Below are positions 33,153 to 43,659 of a DNA stretch of 64,000 bases, in pieces. The stretch comes from Acidobacteriota bacterium (lineage in GTDB: Bacteria; Acidobacteriota; UBA6911; RPQK01; JADFOI01). A program made the translations under genes and the position numbers. The notes beneath the pieces were generated by a model. That model did no database searches and had not been told where the DNA came from. It was given only the letters and a program-made list of their open reading frames with translations. The DNA lies in assembly GCA_963663035.1 (NCBI GenBank), contig OY760074.1:2368001-2432000 (forward strand), in the 5' to 3' direction. Positions within the stretch are counted from its first letter, which is position 1; each line of letters starts with the position of its first letter.

Positions 33153-34340
33153 CTACTCCACTATCTGGGCAATGGTTCCGGCTCCCACCGTGTGCCCGCC
33201 CTCACGGATGGCAAAGCGCAGCCCTTTTTCCATGGCGATGGGCGTGATCAGTTGCACATCCACCGAAACGTTGTCTCCCGGCATGACCATCTCCGTTCCG
33301 CCCTCCAGCTCCACTGAGCCCGTCACATCCGTGGTTCGAAAATAAAACTGGGGCCGATACCCCGTGAAAAAGGGCGTGTGGCGTCCCCCTTCTTCTTTCG
33401 TCAAGATATAGGCTTCCCCTTTGAAGTGCTTATGGGGATTGATGCTTCCCGGCGCCGCTACCACCTGGCCCCGCTCCACGTCATCCTTGTCCGTCCCTCG
33501 CAGCAGCAGTCCAACATTGTCTCCCGCCTGGCCCTCGTCCAGCATCTTCTTGAACATCTCCACTCCCGTGACCACTCGCTTGAAGGTGTCTCGGATTCCC
33601 ACGATCTCCATCTCCTCTCCCACCTTCACCTGCCCTCGCTCCACTCGGCCCGTCACCACCGTCCCTCGTCCGCTGATGGTAAAAATATCCTCAACCGGCA
33701 TCAAAAACGGCTTGTCTATATCCCGCTCCGGTACCGGTATATACTCATCCACCGCTGCTAACAACTCCAGCACTTGCTTCTCCTCTTCCTCTCCCCCTTC
33801 CAGCGCCTTCAGTGCACTGCCCCGCACGATCGGGATATCATCTCCAGGAAACTCGTACTTGGAGAGCAGCTCCCTCACTTCCAGTTCCACCAGATCCAGC
33901 AGCTCCGGATCATCCACCATGTCCACCTTATTCAAGAACACCACGATATAGGGCACTCCCACCTGCCGCGCCAGCAGGATGTGCTCCCGCGTCTGCGGCA
34001 TCGGTCCATCCGCAGCCGACACCACCAGTATGGCCCCGTCCATCTGGGCCGCTCCCGTGATCATGTTCTTCACATAGTCCGCGTGTCCCGGGCAGTCCAC
34101 GTGCGCATAGTGCCGATTCTCCGTCTCGTACTCCACATGCGCTGTCGCTATCGTGATCCCTCGCTCCCTCTCCTCCGGTGCATTGTCGATGGAATCAAAC
34201 GTTCGCACCTCTATCTTCGAGTTCGCCTTGGCCAAAATGTGGGTGATGGCCGCCGTCAGCGTTGTCTTCCCGTGATCCACATGCCCGATCGTCCCGACGT
34301 TCACATGCGGCTTGGTTCGCTCAAATTTCTGTTTTGCCAT
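33153..34340 (-). CDS. tuf: Elongation factor Tu
   Basis: [21 protein letters not shown]. Confidence 0.99.
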   Translation of the reverse strand: MAKQKFERTKPHVNVGTIGHVDHGKTTLTAAITHILAKANSKIEVRTFDSIDNAPEERERGITIATAHVEYETENRHYAHVDCPGHADYVKNMITGAAQMDGAILVVSAADGPMPQTREHILLARQVGVPYIVVFLNKVDMVDDPELLDLVELEVRELLSKYEFPGDDIPIVRGSALKALEGGEEEEKQVLELLAAVDEYIPVPERDIDKPFLMPVEDIFTISGRGTVVTGRVERGQVKVGEEMEIVGIRDTFKRVVTGVEMFKKMLDEGQAGDNVGLLLRGTDKDDVERGQVVAAPGSINPHKHFKGEAYILTKEEGGRHTPFFTGYRPQFYFRTTDVTGSVELEGGTEMVMPGDNVSVDVQLITPIAMEKGLRFAIREGGHTVGAGTIAQIVE

Positions 34341-34380
34341 AACTTCTCCTCTTCCTTTAGGTCTAACGCGGTCAGCACAT

Positions 34381-34452
<72 letters not shown>

Positions 34453-34526
34453 ACGTTGTTGGTTAATGGCTCGCGGGCAGCGTTACCGTCCTAGTTCCTT
34501 GAATCCAAAACAACCATTCACATGAC

Positions 34527-34601
34527 TGGAGCGGGAGACGGGACTCGAACCCGCGACCAATAGCTTGGAAGGCTATGACTCTACCACTGAGTTACTCCCG
34601 C
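34527..34601 (-). tRNA. tRNA-Gly (TCC)
   Basis: GCGGGAGTAACTCAG...CTTCCAA...CCCGCTCCA. Confidence 0.96.
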
Positions 34602-34663
34602 TCGCCGACCCAAAACGCTCATTATCTCTATTTTTCAAAGGCCGTGCAACTCTAGAAATTCTG

Positions 34664-34748
34664 TGGAGGGGGCAGGATTCGAACCTGCGTAGACCCGAAG
34701 GTCGACGGGTTTACAGCCCGTTGCCATTGGCCGCTCGACCACCCCTCC
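34664..34748 (-). tRNA. tRNA-Tyr (GTA)
   Basis: GGAGGGGTGGTCGAG...CTGTAAA, long variable arm; CCA not encoded. Confidence 0.95.
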
Positions 34749-34817
34749 AAAACGAAACGCGAACACACTTCTCTCTCTTATATGGCCCAGCCGTTGGCCG
34801 ACTCGCTTTGATTGTTC

Positions 34818-34889
34818 AGCTGGCGAAGGGAATCGAACCCCCAACCTACTAATTACAAATCAGTTGCTCTACCGTTGAGCTACGCCAGC
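34818..34889 (-). tRNA. tRNA-Thr (TGT)
   Basis: GCTGGCGTAGCTCAA...TTTGTAA...GCCAGCT; CCA not encoded. Confidence 0.95.
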
Positions 34890-34923
34890 CCACAGGGAAC
34901 TGATAGACCACAGGAGAAAGTGT

Positions 34924-34952
34924 AAGTTAGCACAGGGTGGCCCCCTTTTCAA
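34924..34952 (-). promoter_or_regulatory. Putative promoter of the tRNA-tuf operon
   Basis: TTGAAA-17 bp-TAACTT with TG extension, upstream of tRNA-Thr. Confidence 0.45.
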
Positions 34953-36001
34953 CGCCAGGGGAGAGTTTGGGGACAATCCAGGTCTTGAAAGGCCAGAACG
35001 CGAGCGGATATCCGAAAGCGAAAGAGAAGTCGATAAAAATCAAGGTCCGCAATCCGGCGGGTCTTTCGGATTCTTCGACGCTCCTGAAACACTCTACCCA
35101 GGTGATGAAACCCATCGCCATAAGCCCGTCCCAGCGTCTGCACAAGTGCCCAAAGAGAGGTCTGCTGTCGAAAGTTTCCAGCAGGTCCCCGTCCCAGCAG
35201 GGCAGCCAGGAGATTCCACACCCATCGATTGAAAGTAAACACGGGGCTAATCATCAATAAGGGCAGCGGAAAATTCTTCACTGCCAACCAGAAACGGTTC
35301 CGTTCCACCCAGTAGATTTTCTGAAGCGAGTAGCGACCACTGGTGGAGGAATGCCGATGATAGAGAACCGCATCGGGAACATACAGACATTTCCAGCCCA
35401 TCCAACGACCTCGGATCCCCAGGTCGGCGTCGTCACCGTAGGCAAAAAAGCTCTCGTCAAACTCCCCAACCTCCTCCAGCATGCGTTTGCGATACACCGC
35501 CCCACAGCCGTCTGGAAACAGAGTTTCCTCCAGGCGCTGGTATTGGCCCGCGTCCCGTTCTCCAGTTCCACGGCCTCGATTCTGGCCGTCGAGATAGATC
35601 AGATGTCCAGCCTTGTCGATGATATTGGTTTCAAAGAGAAGCAGTTTCGAAGCCCACATACCTATCTCTTCTCCAGAAGCCCTGATGACCTTCACCAGCT
35701 TTCCTATCCACTCTTTATCCGCAACCGCATCGTTATTGATCAGAGCAATGAACTCTCCCCTGGCTTCTCGGATGGCGACATTGCTCCCGCCGGCAAAACC
35801 GTAATTTCGATCCAGTGGGAAAAGTCGGATGCGCTCATCGGGAAAGGACCGGACAACGGCCAGGCTGTTATCCCTGGACCCATTGTCGACAACCAGGATC
35901 TCCAGAGAAGAGTAGGTCTGTTTCAACAACGATACCAGGCACTGCCGAAGAAGCTCCCCCCGGTTGTAGTTGACAACAATGACTGAAACAAGCGGATTCA
36001 T
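34949..36001 (-). CDS. Glycosyltransferase family 2
   Basis: VSVIVVNYN, VVDNGS, LINNDA, FDESFFAYGDDADL. Confidence 0.92.
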   Translation of the reverse strand: MNPLVSVIVVNYNRGELLRQCLVSLLKQTYSSLEILVVDNGSRDNSLAVVRSFPDERIRLFPLDRNYGFAGGSNVAIREARGEFIALINNDAVADKEWIGKLVKVIRASGEEIGMWASKLLLFETNIIDKAGHLIYLDGQNRGRGTGERDAGQYQRLEETLFPDGCGAVYRKRMLEEVGEFDESFFAYGDDADLGIRGRWMGWKCLYVPDAVLYHRHSSTSGRYSLQKIYWVERNRFWLAVKNFPLPLLMISPVFTFNRWVWNLLAALLGRGPAGNFRQQTSLWALVQTLGRAYGDGFHHLGRVFQERRRIRKTRRIADLDFYRLLFRFRISARVLAFQDLDCPQTLPWR

Positions 36002-36004
36002 AAC

Positions 36005-37381
36005 TCACGGCCGCCCAACAGCAAAATAGACGAACCCCAGCTCCTGCATCTCTCGGCGACTGTATTGATTTCTGCCATCGAAGATCACGGGATCCTGCAG
36101 CAATTCCTTCATCTTCTTGAAATCGGGATTCCGAAACTCGTTCCATTCCGTCACCAGGATCAAGGCATCTGCATCTCTCAAAGCTTCATAATTGTTTTTG
36201 GCATAACGAATTTTCTTACCAAAGATTTTGCGAGCCTCCCTCATGGCTTCCGGATCATAGACCTGAATCTTGGCTCCCAGCGCCAGCAGCTGCTCAATCA
36301 CGACACGTGAAGGAGCCTCTCGCATGTCATCCGTCTGAGGTTTAAAGGCCAGTCCCCAAATGGCAAATGTCTTTCCCTTGACCGGACTGTTGGAACCATA
36401 CTGTTTCTTGATTTCCGAGAGGGAAAGGGAATGGAGTTGCTGGTGCGATGTTGCATCCTCGGAGGAGTAGAACTTCAGGATCTTGTTGATCAGGATGTGC
36501 TTCTGAAGTTCGTTGACTTCATCCACCGCCTGGATCAGCGTCAAGGGATAATTTTTTTCACGACCCATATGGATCAGGGCCTTCACATCTTTCGGGAAAC
36601 AGGATCCGCCATAACCCAATCCGGGAAAAAGAAAAGAAGCGCCAATTCGTCGGTCCCGGGAGATGGCATGTCGCACCTGATCGACATCCGCCCCGGTGTG
36701 CTCGCACAGGTTTGCAATCTCATTCATGAAGGAGATGCGACTGGCCAGCATGGCGTTGGCCGCATATTTCGTCATCTCAGCACTGCGGGTGTCCATCACC
36801 AGGATGGGTGCGCCGGTTCGAGTGAAGGGCGCGTATAAATCCTTCATGATGGCAGCCACTCGGGGCTCGGTGACACCGATCACGACCCGGTCAGGCTTCA
36901 TGAAGTCCTCAACAGCAGAACCCGCTTTCAAGAATTCGGGATTGGCCACAACATCAAACTGGAACTCTGTCAGAGAGGAGATCTCCTGGGAAATTTGATC
37001 GGCTGTGCCCACCGGAACGGTGCTCTTGGTGACGATGATCTTATAGTCGTCCATGGCCTTGGCGATAGCCCGTGACGCTTCCATAACGTAGCTCAAGTCG
37101 GAGGAACCATCTTCATCTGATGGAGTCCCGACAGCGATGGCAACGATCAGTGAGTTGTTCACCGCCCAGGGGAGATCGGTGGTAAAACGAAGACGCTCTT
37201 CTTGCTCGTTTCGCCGGATGAGCTCCTGAAGGCCTGGCTCATAGATGGGAATTTTTCCCTTTTGCAGCTGGGCAATCTTCTTCTCGTCCACATCCATACA
37301 GATCACGTCATTGCCGGTTTCAGCGAAGCAAGTTCCCGCCACCAGGCCGACATAACCTGTTCCAATCACACAGATCTTCAT
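36005..37381 (-). CDS. ugd: UDP-glucose 6-dehydrogenase
   Basis: GTGYVG, KSTVPVGT, NPEFLK, GYGGSCFPKD. Confidence 0.95.
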   Translation of the reverse strand: MKICVIGTGYVGLVAGTCFAETGNDVICMDVDEKKIAQLQKGKIPIYEPGLQELIRRNEQEERLRFTTDLPWAVNNSLIVAIAVGTPSDEDGSSDLSYVMEASRAIAKAMDDYKIIVTKSTVPVGTADQISQEISSLTEFQFDVVANPEFLKAGSAVEDFMKPDRVVIGVTEPRVAAIMKDLYAPFTRTGAPILVMDTRSAEMTKYAANAMLASRISFMNEIANLCEHTGADVDQVRHAISRDRRIGASFLFPGLGYGGSCFPKDVKALIHMGREKNYPLTLIQAVDEVNELQKHILINKILKFYSSEDATSHQQLHSLSLSEIKKQYGSNSPVKGKTFAIWGLAFKPQTDDMREAPSRVVIEQLLALGAKIQVYDPEAMREARKIFGKKIRYAKNNYEALRDADALILVTEWNEFRNPDFKKMKELLQDPVIFDGRNQYSRREMQELGFVYFAVGRP

Positions 37382-37397
37382 GGGTCAAAGACTTTCT

Positions 37398-38345
37398 TCA
37401 ATCTAGGGTGACGTACACCGTCACGGTGGCGCCGCGGCCCAGGGCCGCCTCTATGAGAGCAAAAGGTTGGGCCAGAATTATGAGAGCGAGATAGGCGCTC
37501 TCCTTAATGGATAGACTCAAAGGGTTCAACTTTCCCTTCTTCTTCAAGTGCTTGACACGCTGGGACATGGTGTCCAGAGCAGGAAACAGGCTTGAGACCA
37601 AAGCGGCCCCATTGTCGCGGAGAGAGAAATGACGCACTCGTTGGATTCGATAACCGGCCCTCCCCAGCAAGTGCAAAACCGAGAAGGTACTGTAATTGTA
37701 AACATGTCTCGGACAATCCAAGCCATACCAGCGAGAGCCCAGGATCCTGGCCTGCAGGCTTTGGACATTGGGCACCTGGATAATCACTTGACCCGGTTTG
37801 TGAAGAAGCTTTTGAATGTTCCTGAGATATCGAAACGGGTCTGTCATATGCTCAAGAGAGTGGAACAAAGTTAGAATATCAAATTTTTCACCCCGGCTGA
37901 TCAGGTCCTGTACGCTGCCCTCGAGAATTCGTCCAGGCGCGGTCCTCTGCGCGATCCCGAGGGCCTCTTCGGACTGCTCGAGACCATAAGCATCAAATCC
38001 CGCTTGAAAAGCCAGCTTGAGGAAGGTTCCACTACCGCAGCCAATATCAAGCAGCCGACCCTGCCTGTCAGGGAAAAGTGAGAGCACGAAACCCAACTGA
38101 TCGTGTCGCACCACCCATTCTCGATAGGCTCTCTCAAGCCATGAGAGCTTTCCCGTTTCCTGCCACCAATACCCGGAAGGGTAGAATTCTGGCAGACGAT
38201 CCCGGATCTTGTCCTCTTCCTGGAAGAGCAGATCGCAACTGCTGCAGTGATAGAGCCAGAACTCCTCGGTGGAGACTTCAAAGAAGCGATCCGTCATCCG
38301 ATAACGAGCCTGGACGTTGGGATACTCACAAATGGGACAGTGCAT
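37398..38345 (-). CDS. Class I SAM-dependent methyltransferase with N-terminal Zn finger
   Basis: MHCPIC...CSSC, LLDIGCGSG, HSLEH, PRH; start 38345 inferred. Confidence 0.85.
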   Translation of the reverse strand: MHCPICEYPNVQARYRMTDRFFEVSTEEFWLYHCSSCDLLFQEEDKIRDRLPEFYPSGYWWQETGKLSWLERAYREWVVRHDQLGFVLSLFPDRQGRLLDIGCGSGTFLKLAFQAGFDAYGLEQSEEALGIAQRTAPGRILEGSVQDLISRGEKFDILTLFHSLEHMTDPFRYLRNIQKLLHKPGQVIIQVPNVQSLQARILGSRWYGLDCPRHVYNYSTFSVLHLLGRAGYRIQRVRHFSLRDNGAALVSSLFPALDTMSQRVKHLKKKGKLNPLSLSIKESAYLALIILAQPFALIEAALGRGATVTVYVTLD

Positions 38346-38517
38346 ACTGGATTCGAATTGAAAATTAGAATCCAGTATGCAGAATTCAGAAGCCAGAATC
38401 CACAATTCATAATAAAGGTGTCTAGGGAGCTTGGGGAAACTTGTTCCCCTTTTGATTTGCACACAAAACACCAATATCGCTATTCTGTCAGTCTGACATG
38501 AACGGTGTACGAACTGT

Positions 38518-39507
38518 ATGAAAGCTCTCATTACTGGCGGCGCTGGATTCATCGGCTCTCATTTATCCGAATATCTTCTGGAGCAGGGCCATCAGGTGTT
38601 TGTCGTAGATGACCTTTCAACGGGCAACGTTGAAAATATCCTTCACCTGAAAACCAATCCCAATTTTCACTACACCATTGACACCATCATGAATGTGCCT
38701 GCGACGGCGGAACTGGTTGACCGCTGCGATGTGGTCTTTCACCTGGCGGCAGCGGTTGGAGTGAAACTGATTGTGAAGAGCCCGGTCCGCACCATTGAGA
38801 CCAACACCAAAGGCACTGAAATCATCCTGGAATTAGCCGACAAGAAGAAGAAGAAGGTACTCATCACCTCCACCTCGGAAGTGTATGGGAAAGGAAAGCA
38901 GGTTCCATTTTCTGAAGCCGACGATCTGGTACTCGGTCCCACCCATAAAGGAAGATGGAGTTACGCCTGCAGCAAGGCCATCGATGAATTCCTGGCCCTG
39001 GCCTACTGGCACGAAAAAAGACTGCCCGTGGTCGTGACACGCCTGTTCAACACCGTAGGACCTCGTCAGATCGGGCGTTACGGCATGGTCCTGCCCACAT
39101 TTGTCAAGCAGGCGCTTTTGGGAGAGGAAATTACCGTTTTCGGAGACGGCAGTCAGGCCCGCTGCTTCGCCCACGTCTCGGATGTGGTGGAAGCTCTTTA
39201 CAAGCTCTCAGAAAAGGAGGAGGCGGTGGGCAAGGTCTTCAACATCGGCTCAAACGAAGAGAGTACGATTCTGAATCTGGCCAAGAAAGTGAAATCCATG
39301 ACTGCCAGTCAATCCAAAATCGTATTTATCCCTTACGACAAAGCCTATGAGGAGGGCTTTGAAGATATGCCTCGCCGCGTCCCCGATGTCTCCCGCCTGC
39401 AGTCACTGATTGGATTCGGGCCAGCCAAGAAACTTGAACAGATTATCCAGAGCGTGATCGATTACCAGAGAGCTCTCCTGGAAGCCACAAAAGACACCGC
39501 TATTTAG
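38518..39507 (+). CDS. NAD-dependent nucleotide-sugar epimerase/dehydratase
   Basis: TGGAGFIGS, STSEVYG, YACSK. Confidence 0.92.
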   Translation: MKALITGGAGFIGSHLSEYLLEQGHQVFVVDDLSTGNVENILHLKTNPNFHYTIDTIMNVPATAELVDRCDVVFHLAAAVGVKLIVKSPVRTIETNTKGTEIILELADKKKKKVLITSTSEVYGKGKQVPFSEADDLVLGPTHKGRWSYACSKAIDEFLALAYWHEKRLPVVVTRLFNTVGPRQIGRYGMVLPTFVKQALLGEEITVFGDGSQARCFAHVSDVVEALYKLSEKEEAVGKVFNIGSNEESTILNLAKKVKSMTASQSKIVFIPYDKAYEEGFEDMPRRVPDVSRLQSLIGFGPAKKLEQIIQSVIDYQRALLEATKDTAI

Positions 39508-39518
39508 GGCCTTGGCAT

Positions 39519-40982
39519 TTACTGGGATGGAATGGTGGAAATGGACTCACCCGCGAAATCTCCGAACAGGGCAAAGCTTAAAATCTCCTCCCCGGAACGC
39601 ACGCGGAAATAACCACCCATCTGGCCCGCGGTGGCGGGGATGAGTTCGAGCAGAAGTTTCGCTTTCCTTCCACCCACAGGCAGCGTGAAGCTGCTCTCAC
39701 CCACCTGAGTTCCCACCTGATCGAAAGCCTCAACTGTCACCTCCACCGGGTTCTGTTGGGGGTTCAGCACCGCCACTCCGGTCAAAAAGCCCAGATCCTG
39801 GGCGATATGTGCATAAAAGGCATCGGTATCGCCAGCCAGAAAAAGTGGGAGAGAAGCGGATAACCTCCCATCGGAGCTTCTCAATCGGACCGAGCCGTTC
39901 ACACTGGAAGCCTCGAGGGAGGAATCGAGGAAATTGTCCTGCAAGTCTATACGAAGAGATCCCACAATCTGCTCGTCGCTGGGAAGTCCAAAGAGGGAAG
40001 AGATAGTGAGGATGCTTTGCTCTTGGGGTCCCAGAGAGATCTGTACGGGACTCAAGCGCAGATTGCCCTCGTCATCCAGGGCGCTCAGCAGCAGGGTTGC
40101 CGATTTTGAGGAATCTGTGTTGATCAAGTTCAGCTCGGTGTCAAATCCCCCTCCCACGGCGAAATGGGGGATCTGGTAGGACCGCTGACGAAATGGTGTG
40201 GGTTGGGCACTGAGAAGGTTCAGGCTCTGCTCGGTTCCGAAGGTTTCAAAGGCAACCACACCTTCGCTCCCCGCAACCCCCTGGACATACCCTCCGGGGA
40301 ACATCGCCAATTCAACTTCCAAAAGTGTGGCTAAATCCTGGACCACGGTCCCCTGAGGCGGCAGGGCCACTGTCCGGGAAGCGATAACTTTTCCAGAAAG
40401 GTCGTGAAGCGTGAGTTCGACCTCGAGATCCGAATCGACTGAGGGATTGAAAAGGTGGACAGTGGTAAAAGGCAACTCCCCTTCCCGAGAAATGTTGGGA
40501 AGAACAAAGGCCTTCAAGGGTGTCTGTCGGGCGGTCCCCCGACCCAGCAGCGTGCTTTCCTGATTGCCAATGAGAAATAAGGTGCCGACCGCGGCCCGGT
40601 GGCTCTGAAAAGATATTCTTTCCAGACCCGCTGACAGGATGTCAACACCGAAAACGTCCTCCACCAATGCCCATGTTTGCCCTCTGGGCGGGACCAGAAG
40701 TGCGGCCGGGTTGAGGATATCCGCCCCGGCGATGAGCTCACCGCTGGGGTCCAGCGCTCTCAGCTCAACTTGCACCTCAAAGTCAGCCGTGTTGGTAAAA
40801 GCTATCCCCATATATTGCTCTGGCACCACGACGGTGGGGAAAAATCCCCCGAAACTGCCGCTGCTCTGGAAACCCTCCGTCTGTGCACTCAAGAAGGGAC
40901 TGGCGCAAACCAGGAGCAGGCAAAAAACGCCCACTGATGACTTCAAACCGTTACGAATGTTCAAAATAAGGTTATCTCCCAA
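39519..40982 (-). CDS. Secreted protein with four ~110-aa beta-rich repeats
   Basis: Signal peptide; repeated motif hxhxN(T/P)...hxhxhxDxxG; start uncertain. Confidence 0.75.
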   Translation of the reverse strand: MGDNLILNIRNGLKSSVGVFCLLLVCASPFLSAQTEGFQSSGSFGGFFPTVVVPEQYMGIAFTNTADFEVQVELRALDPSGELIAGADILNPAALLVPPRGQTWALVEDVFGVDILSAGLERISFQSHRAAVGTLFLIGNQESTLLGRGTARQTPLKAFVLPNISREGELPFTTVHLFNPSVDSDLEVELTLHDLSGKVIASRTVALPPQGTVVQDLATLLEVELAMFPGGYVQGVAGSEGVVAFETFGTEQSLNLLSAQPTPFRQRSYQIPHFAVGGGFDTELNLINTDSSKSATLLLSALDDEGNLRLSPVQISLGPQEQSILTISSLFGLPSDEQIVGSLRIDLQDNFLDSSLEASSVNGSVRLRSSDGRLSASLPLFLAGDTDAFYAHIAQDLGFLTGVAVLNPQQNPVEVTVEAFDQVGTQVGESSFTLPVGGRKAKLLLELIPATAGQMGGYFRVRSGEEILSFALFGDFAGESISTIPSQ

Positions 40983-41104
40983 GGCTCTATTATAGCTCTA
41001 AGAGGCAAAAAGTGCGACGAGGGGTGAGAATCCGCACCCCTGCGGCCGATTTGCGACTGCGAAATTCTGGCAAAGACCACATGAGTCGACTATCCTCACA
41101 CCTA

Positions 41105-42103
41105 ATGAGTGAGCTGACCGTCATCATTCCCACCTGGAATCAATGCCAACTCCTGGAGAATTGCCTGCACTCTCTGGGCAGGCAAACAGCTTCATGTCAC
41201 ATCCTGGTCGTTGACAATGGTTCCATCGATTCGACCCAGACAGTGATTGAGGCACAACGGACCAACTTCCCTGGGAGGCTGGACTGCATTCAACTGGGGA
41301 GGAACTTTGGCTTTGCCCACGCCGTGAACGAAGGGATTAAGGCGGCTCAAACAGACTTCATTGCCTTACTGAACAATGATACGGAAGTAGACCACCACTG
41401 GATCGAAGCCGGTCTTCATGCTCTCAAAGAGCTCCACGACTATTCCTTTTTTGCTTCGAAAATCGTGAATTTTGACCAGCGCGACTTCCTGGACTGTGCA
41501 GGAGATTGCTACAGCCAAGCGGGCATTCCATACAAAAGAGGATACGGGGAACCGGTAGAGAATTTTCCCAAATCGGAGCCGGTTCTGGGGGCAAGTGCCG
41601 CAGCTGCTTTTTACCTCCGAAGCCTGTTCGATGAGATCGGCTTTTTTGATGAGGACTTCATCACCTATCTAGAGGATGTCGATCTCAGTCTGCGAGCTCA
41701 GCTTCTCGGGCACCGTTGCCTTTATCTTCCCGATGCCATCGTTTATCACATGGAAACGGCTTCAGACCCGAACAGAAAAGCACGATCCACCGACCACAGA
41801 GCGCAGACCACAGACCGCAGACCGCAAACCTATTACTCTCCGGGTCGGGTGCACTGGATCACGCGCAACCGATGGCAGCTCATGCTCACTTATCAACCGC
41901 TTCGCCATCTCCCCTGGCTCGTGTATGGCTGGATGCGAAGCGCGCTTTTTCACCTCTTCAAGGCCGGTTTCTTCGTATCTTTCCTGTTGGGCCTCCTGGC
42001 GGGCCTTCTCTCCACTCCACGTGCCCTGCGGAAACGGTTCGCTCTTGATCGAAAGAGAGTTCTGTCGGTGAGACAGTTTTGCCAGTTGTTGGGCAAATGC
42101 TAG
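41105..42103 (+). CDS. Glycosyltransferase family 2
   Basis: LTVIIPTWN, VVDNGS, LLNNDT, YLEDVDL; start 41105 inferred. Confidence 0.9.
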   Translation: MSELTVIIPTWNQCQLLENCLHSLGRQTASCHILVVDNGSIDSTQTVIEAQRTNFPGRLDCIQLGRNFGFAHAVNEGIKAAQTDFIALLNNDTEVDHHWIEAGLHALKELHDYSFFASKIVNFDQRDFLDCAGDCYSQAGIPYKRGYGEPVENFPKSEPVLGASAAAAFYLRSLFDEIGFFDEDFITYLEDVDLSLRAQLLGHRCLYLPDAIVYHMETASDPNRKARSTDHRAQTTDRRPQTYYSPGRVHWITRNRWQLMLTYQPLRHLPWLVYGWMRSALFHLFKAGFFVSFLLGLLAGLLSTPRALRKRFALDRKRVLSVRQFCQLLGKC

Positions 42104-42873
42104 AGTTAATTCGTGACGTTCACCGTTACCGCGAACTGATTTGGGTTCTGGCCCTCAAAGAACTCAAGGTTCGCTACAAGCGCTCCATTCTGGGGTTCGT
42201 TTGGGCGCTTCTCCATCCGCTCCTGATGATGACCATCCTGACGATTGTCTTTTCTGCCGTTTTGCGCGTTCCCGTGGACAATTACGCGATCTTCCTTCTC
42301 TGCACGCTGTTCCCCTGGACGTTCTTCAGCCAGTCCTTGGCCTATTCGACCGATTGTATTGTGAACAACGCTGACCTGATGAAGGTTGGGTACCTTCCCA
42401 AGCTCGTCCTTCCAGTCGCCGCTATCCTGGCCAACTTGGTGAATTTCCTGCTCTCTTTGCTGCCTCTCGCACTTCTACTGGCGGTGTTTGACTTTCCCTT
42501 TCACAAGACCTTGCTTTATCTACCGATTCCGGTACTTGCCCTGGCACTGTTTGCACTCGGATGTGGGTTCTTGGTGGCAGCCGTGAATGTTTACTTTCGT
42601 GATGTCACCCATATCGTGCAGATCCTGTTGGCAGCGTGGTTCTATTTTTCTCCGATTATTTATTCGCTGGAGTTCCTTCCTGAACCGTACCACAAGTTTT
42701 TTCGCCTGAACCCGATGCTCTATATCCTGGATGGCTTTCGCCATGCGATCTACTACGGAGAACTGCCTTCTGCGATGTCCATTGGGCTGTCACTCGCCTG
42801 CGGGATCCTTGCTCTTGCGATAGGGTTTGGTGTTTTCCGCCGCTATCAGGATTCTTTCGTCTTTAACGTCTAA
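42097..42873 (+). CDS. wzm: Polysaccharide ABC exporter permease
   Basis: ELKVRYKRSILGFVW, FRDVTH, LNP motifs. Confidence 0.9.
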   Translation: MLELIRDVHRYRELIWVLALKELKVRYKRSILGFVWALLHPLLMMTILTIVFSAVLRVPVDNYAIFLLCTLFPWTFFSQSLAYSTDCIVNNADLMKVGYLPKLVLPVAAILANLVNFLLSLLPLALLLAVFDFPFHKTLLYLPIPVLALALFALGCGFLVAAVNVYFRDVTHIVQILLAAWFYFSPIIYSLEFLPEPYHKFFRLNPMLYILDGFRHAIYYGELPSAMSIGLSLACGILALAIGFGVFRRYQDSFVFNV

Positions 42874-42888
42874 GTGGGTGACGCGGCT

Positions 42889-43659
42889 ATGGAAAATCAA
42901 CTGGCAATTGGATTGGACCAGGTAAACCAACAGTTCCGGATTATCCATGATCGCCCGGATAGTTTTCGAGAAGCGTTTGTGCGCAGGTTTCGAAGCCTCG
43001 GCAGGTATGAAGACCTCTATGCACTCAGAGATGTTTCTTTGCGGATCGGTCGAGGTGAAAGCGTAGGCATCATCGGGCGCAACGGTTCCGGCAAGAGCAC
43101 GCTGCTCAAAATCATTGCCCGAGTCTATAAGCCCACCAGCGGCCGTGTGGAGCTGGAGGGCCGGATTTCTGCTCTGATTGAATTGGGTGCAGGCTTCCAC
43201 CATGAGCTTACAGGTCGTGAAAACATCGTGGTCAATGGTGCACTCCTGGGATTTTCCCGCCGCGAGATGAAGGGGAAATACCGCGACATCGTCGCCTTCG
43301 CGGAATTGGAGGAGTTTATCGATACACCGATAAAACAATACTCAACCGGCATGTTGGCCCGGCTGGCCTTTGCTATCGCCACTGAAGTCGATCCCGACAT
43401 CCTCCTGGTGGACGAAATTCTGGCGGTGGGCGACCAGCTCTTTCAGCAGAAATGCCTGGAGCGGATAAACAACTTCCGCCGCAAGGGCAAGACAACCATT
43501 TTTGTCTCCCACGACCTGGGACTGGTGCAGTCTCTTTGCGAAAGGATCCTGTTGCTTGATCACGGCCGACTGCGGTCGGATGGTCCAGCCGAGCAGGTGA
43601 TTGCCCGCTACCATGAGTTGCTGGAGCAGTCTGTCCACACTAGCTCGGATTATGCATAA
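42889..43659 (+). CDS. wzt: Polysaccharide ABC exporter ATPase
   Basis: GRNGSGKST, YSTGM, VDEILAVGD; stop lies inside the MITE end. Confidence 0.92.
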   Translation: MENQLAIGLDQVNQQFRIIHDRPDSFREAFVRRFRSLGRYEDLYALRDVSLRIGRGESVGIIGRNGSGKSTLLKIIARVYKPTSGRVELEGRISALIELGAGFHHELTGRENIVVNGALLGFSRREMKGKYRDIVAFAELEEFIDTPIKQYSTGMLARLAFAIATEVDPDILLVDEILAVGDQLFQQKCLERINNFRRKGKTTIFVSHDLGLVQSLCERILLLDHGRLRSDGPAEQVIARYHELLEQSVHTSSDYA

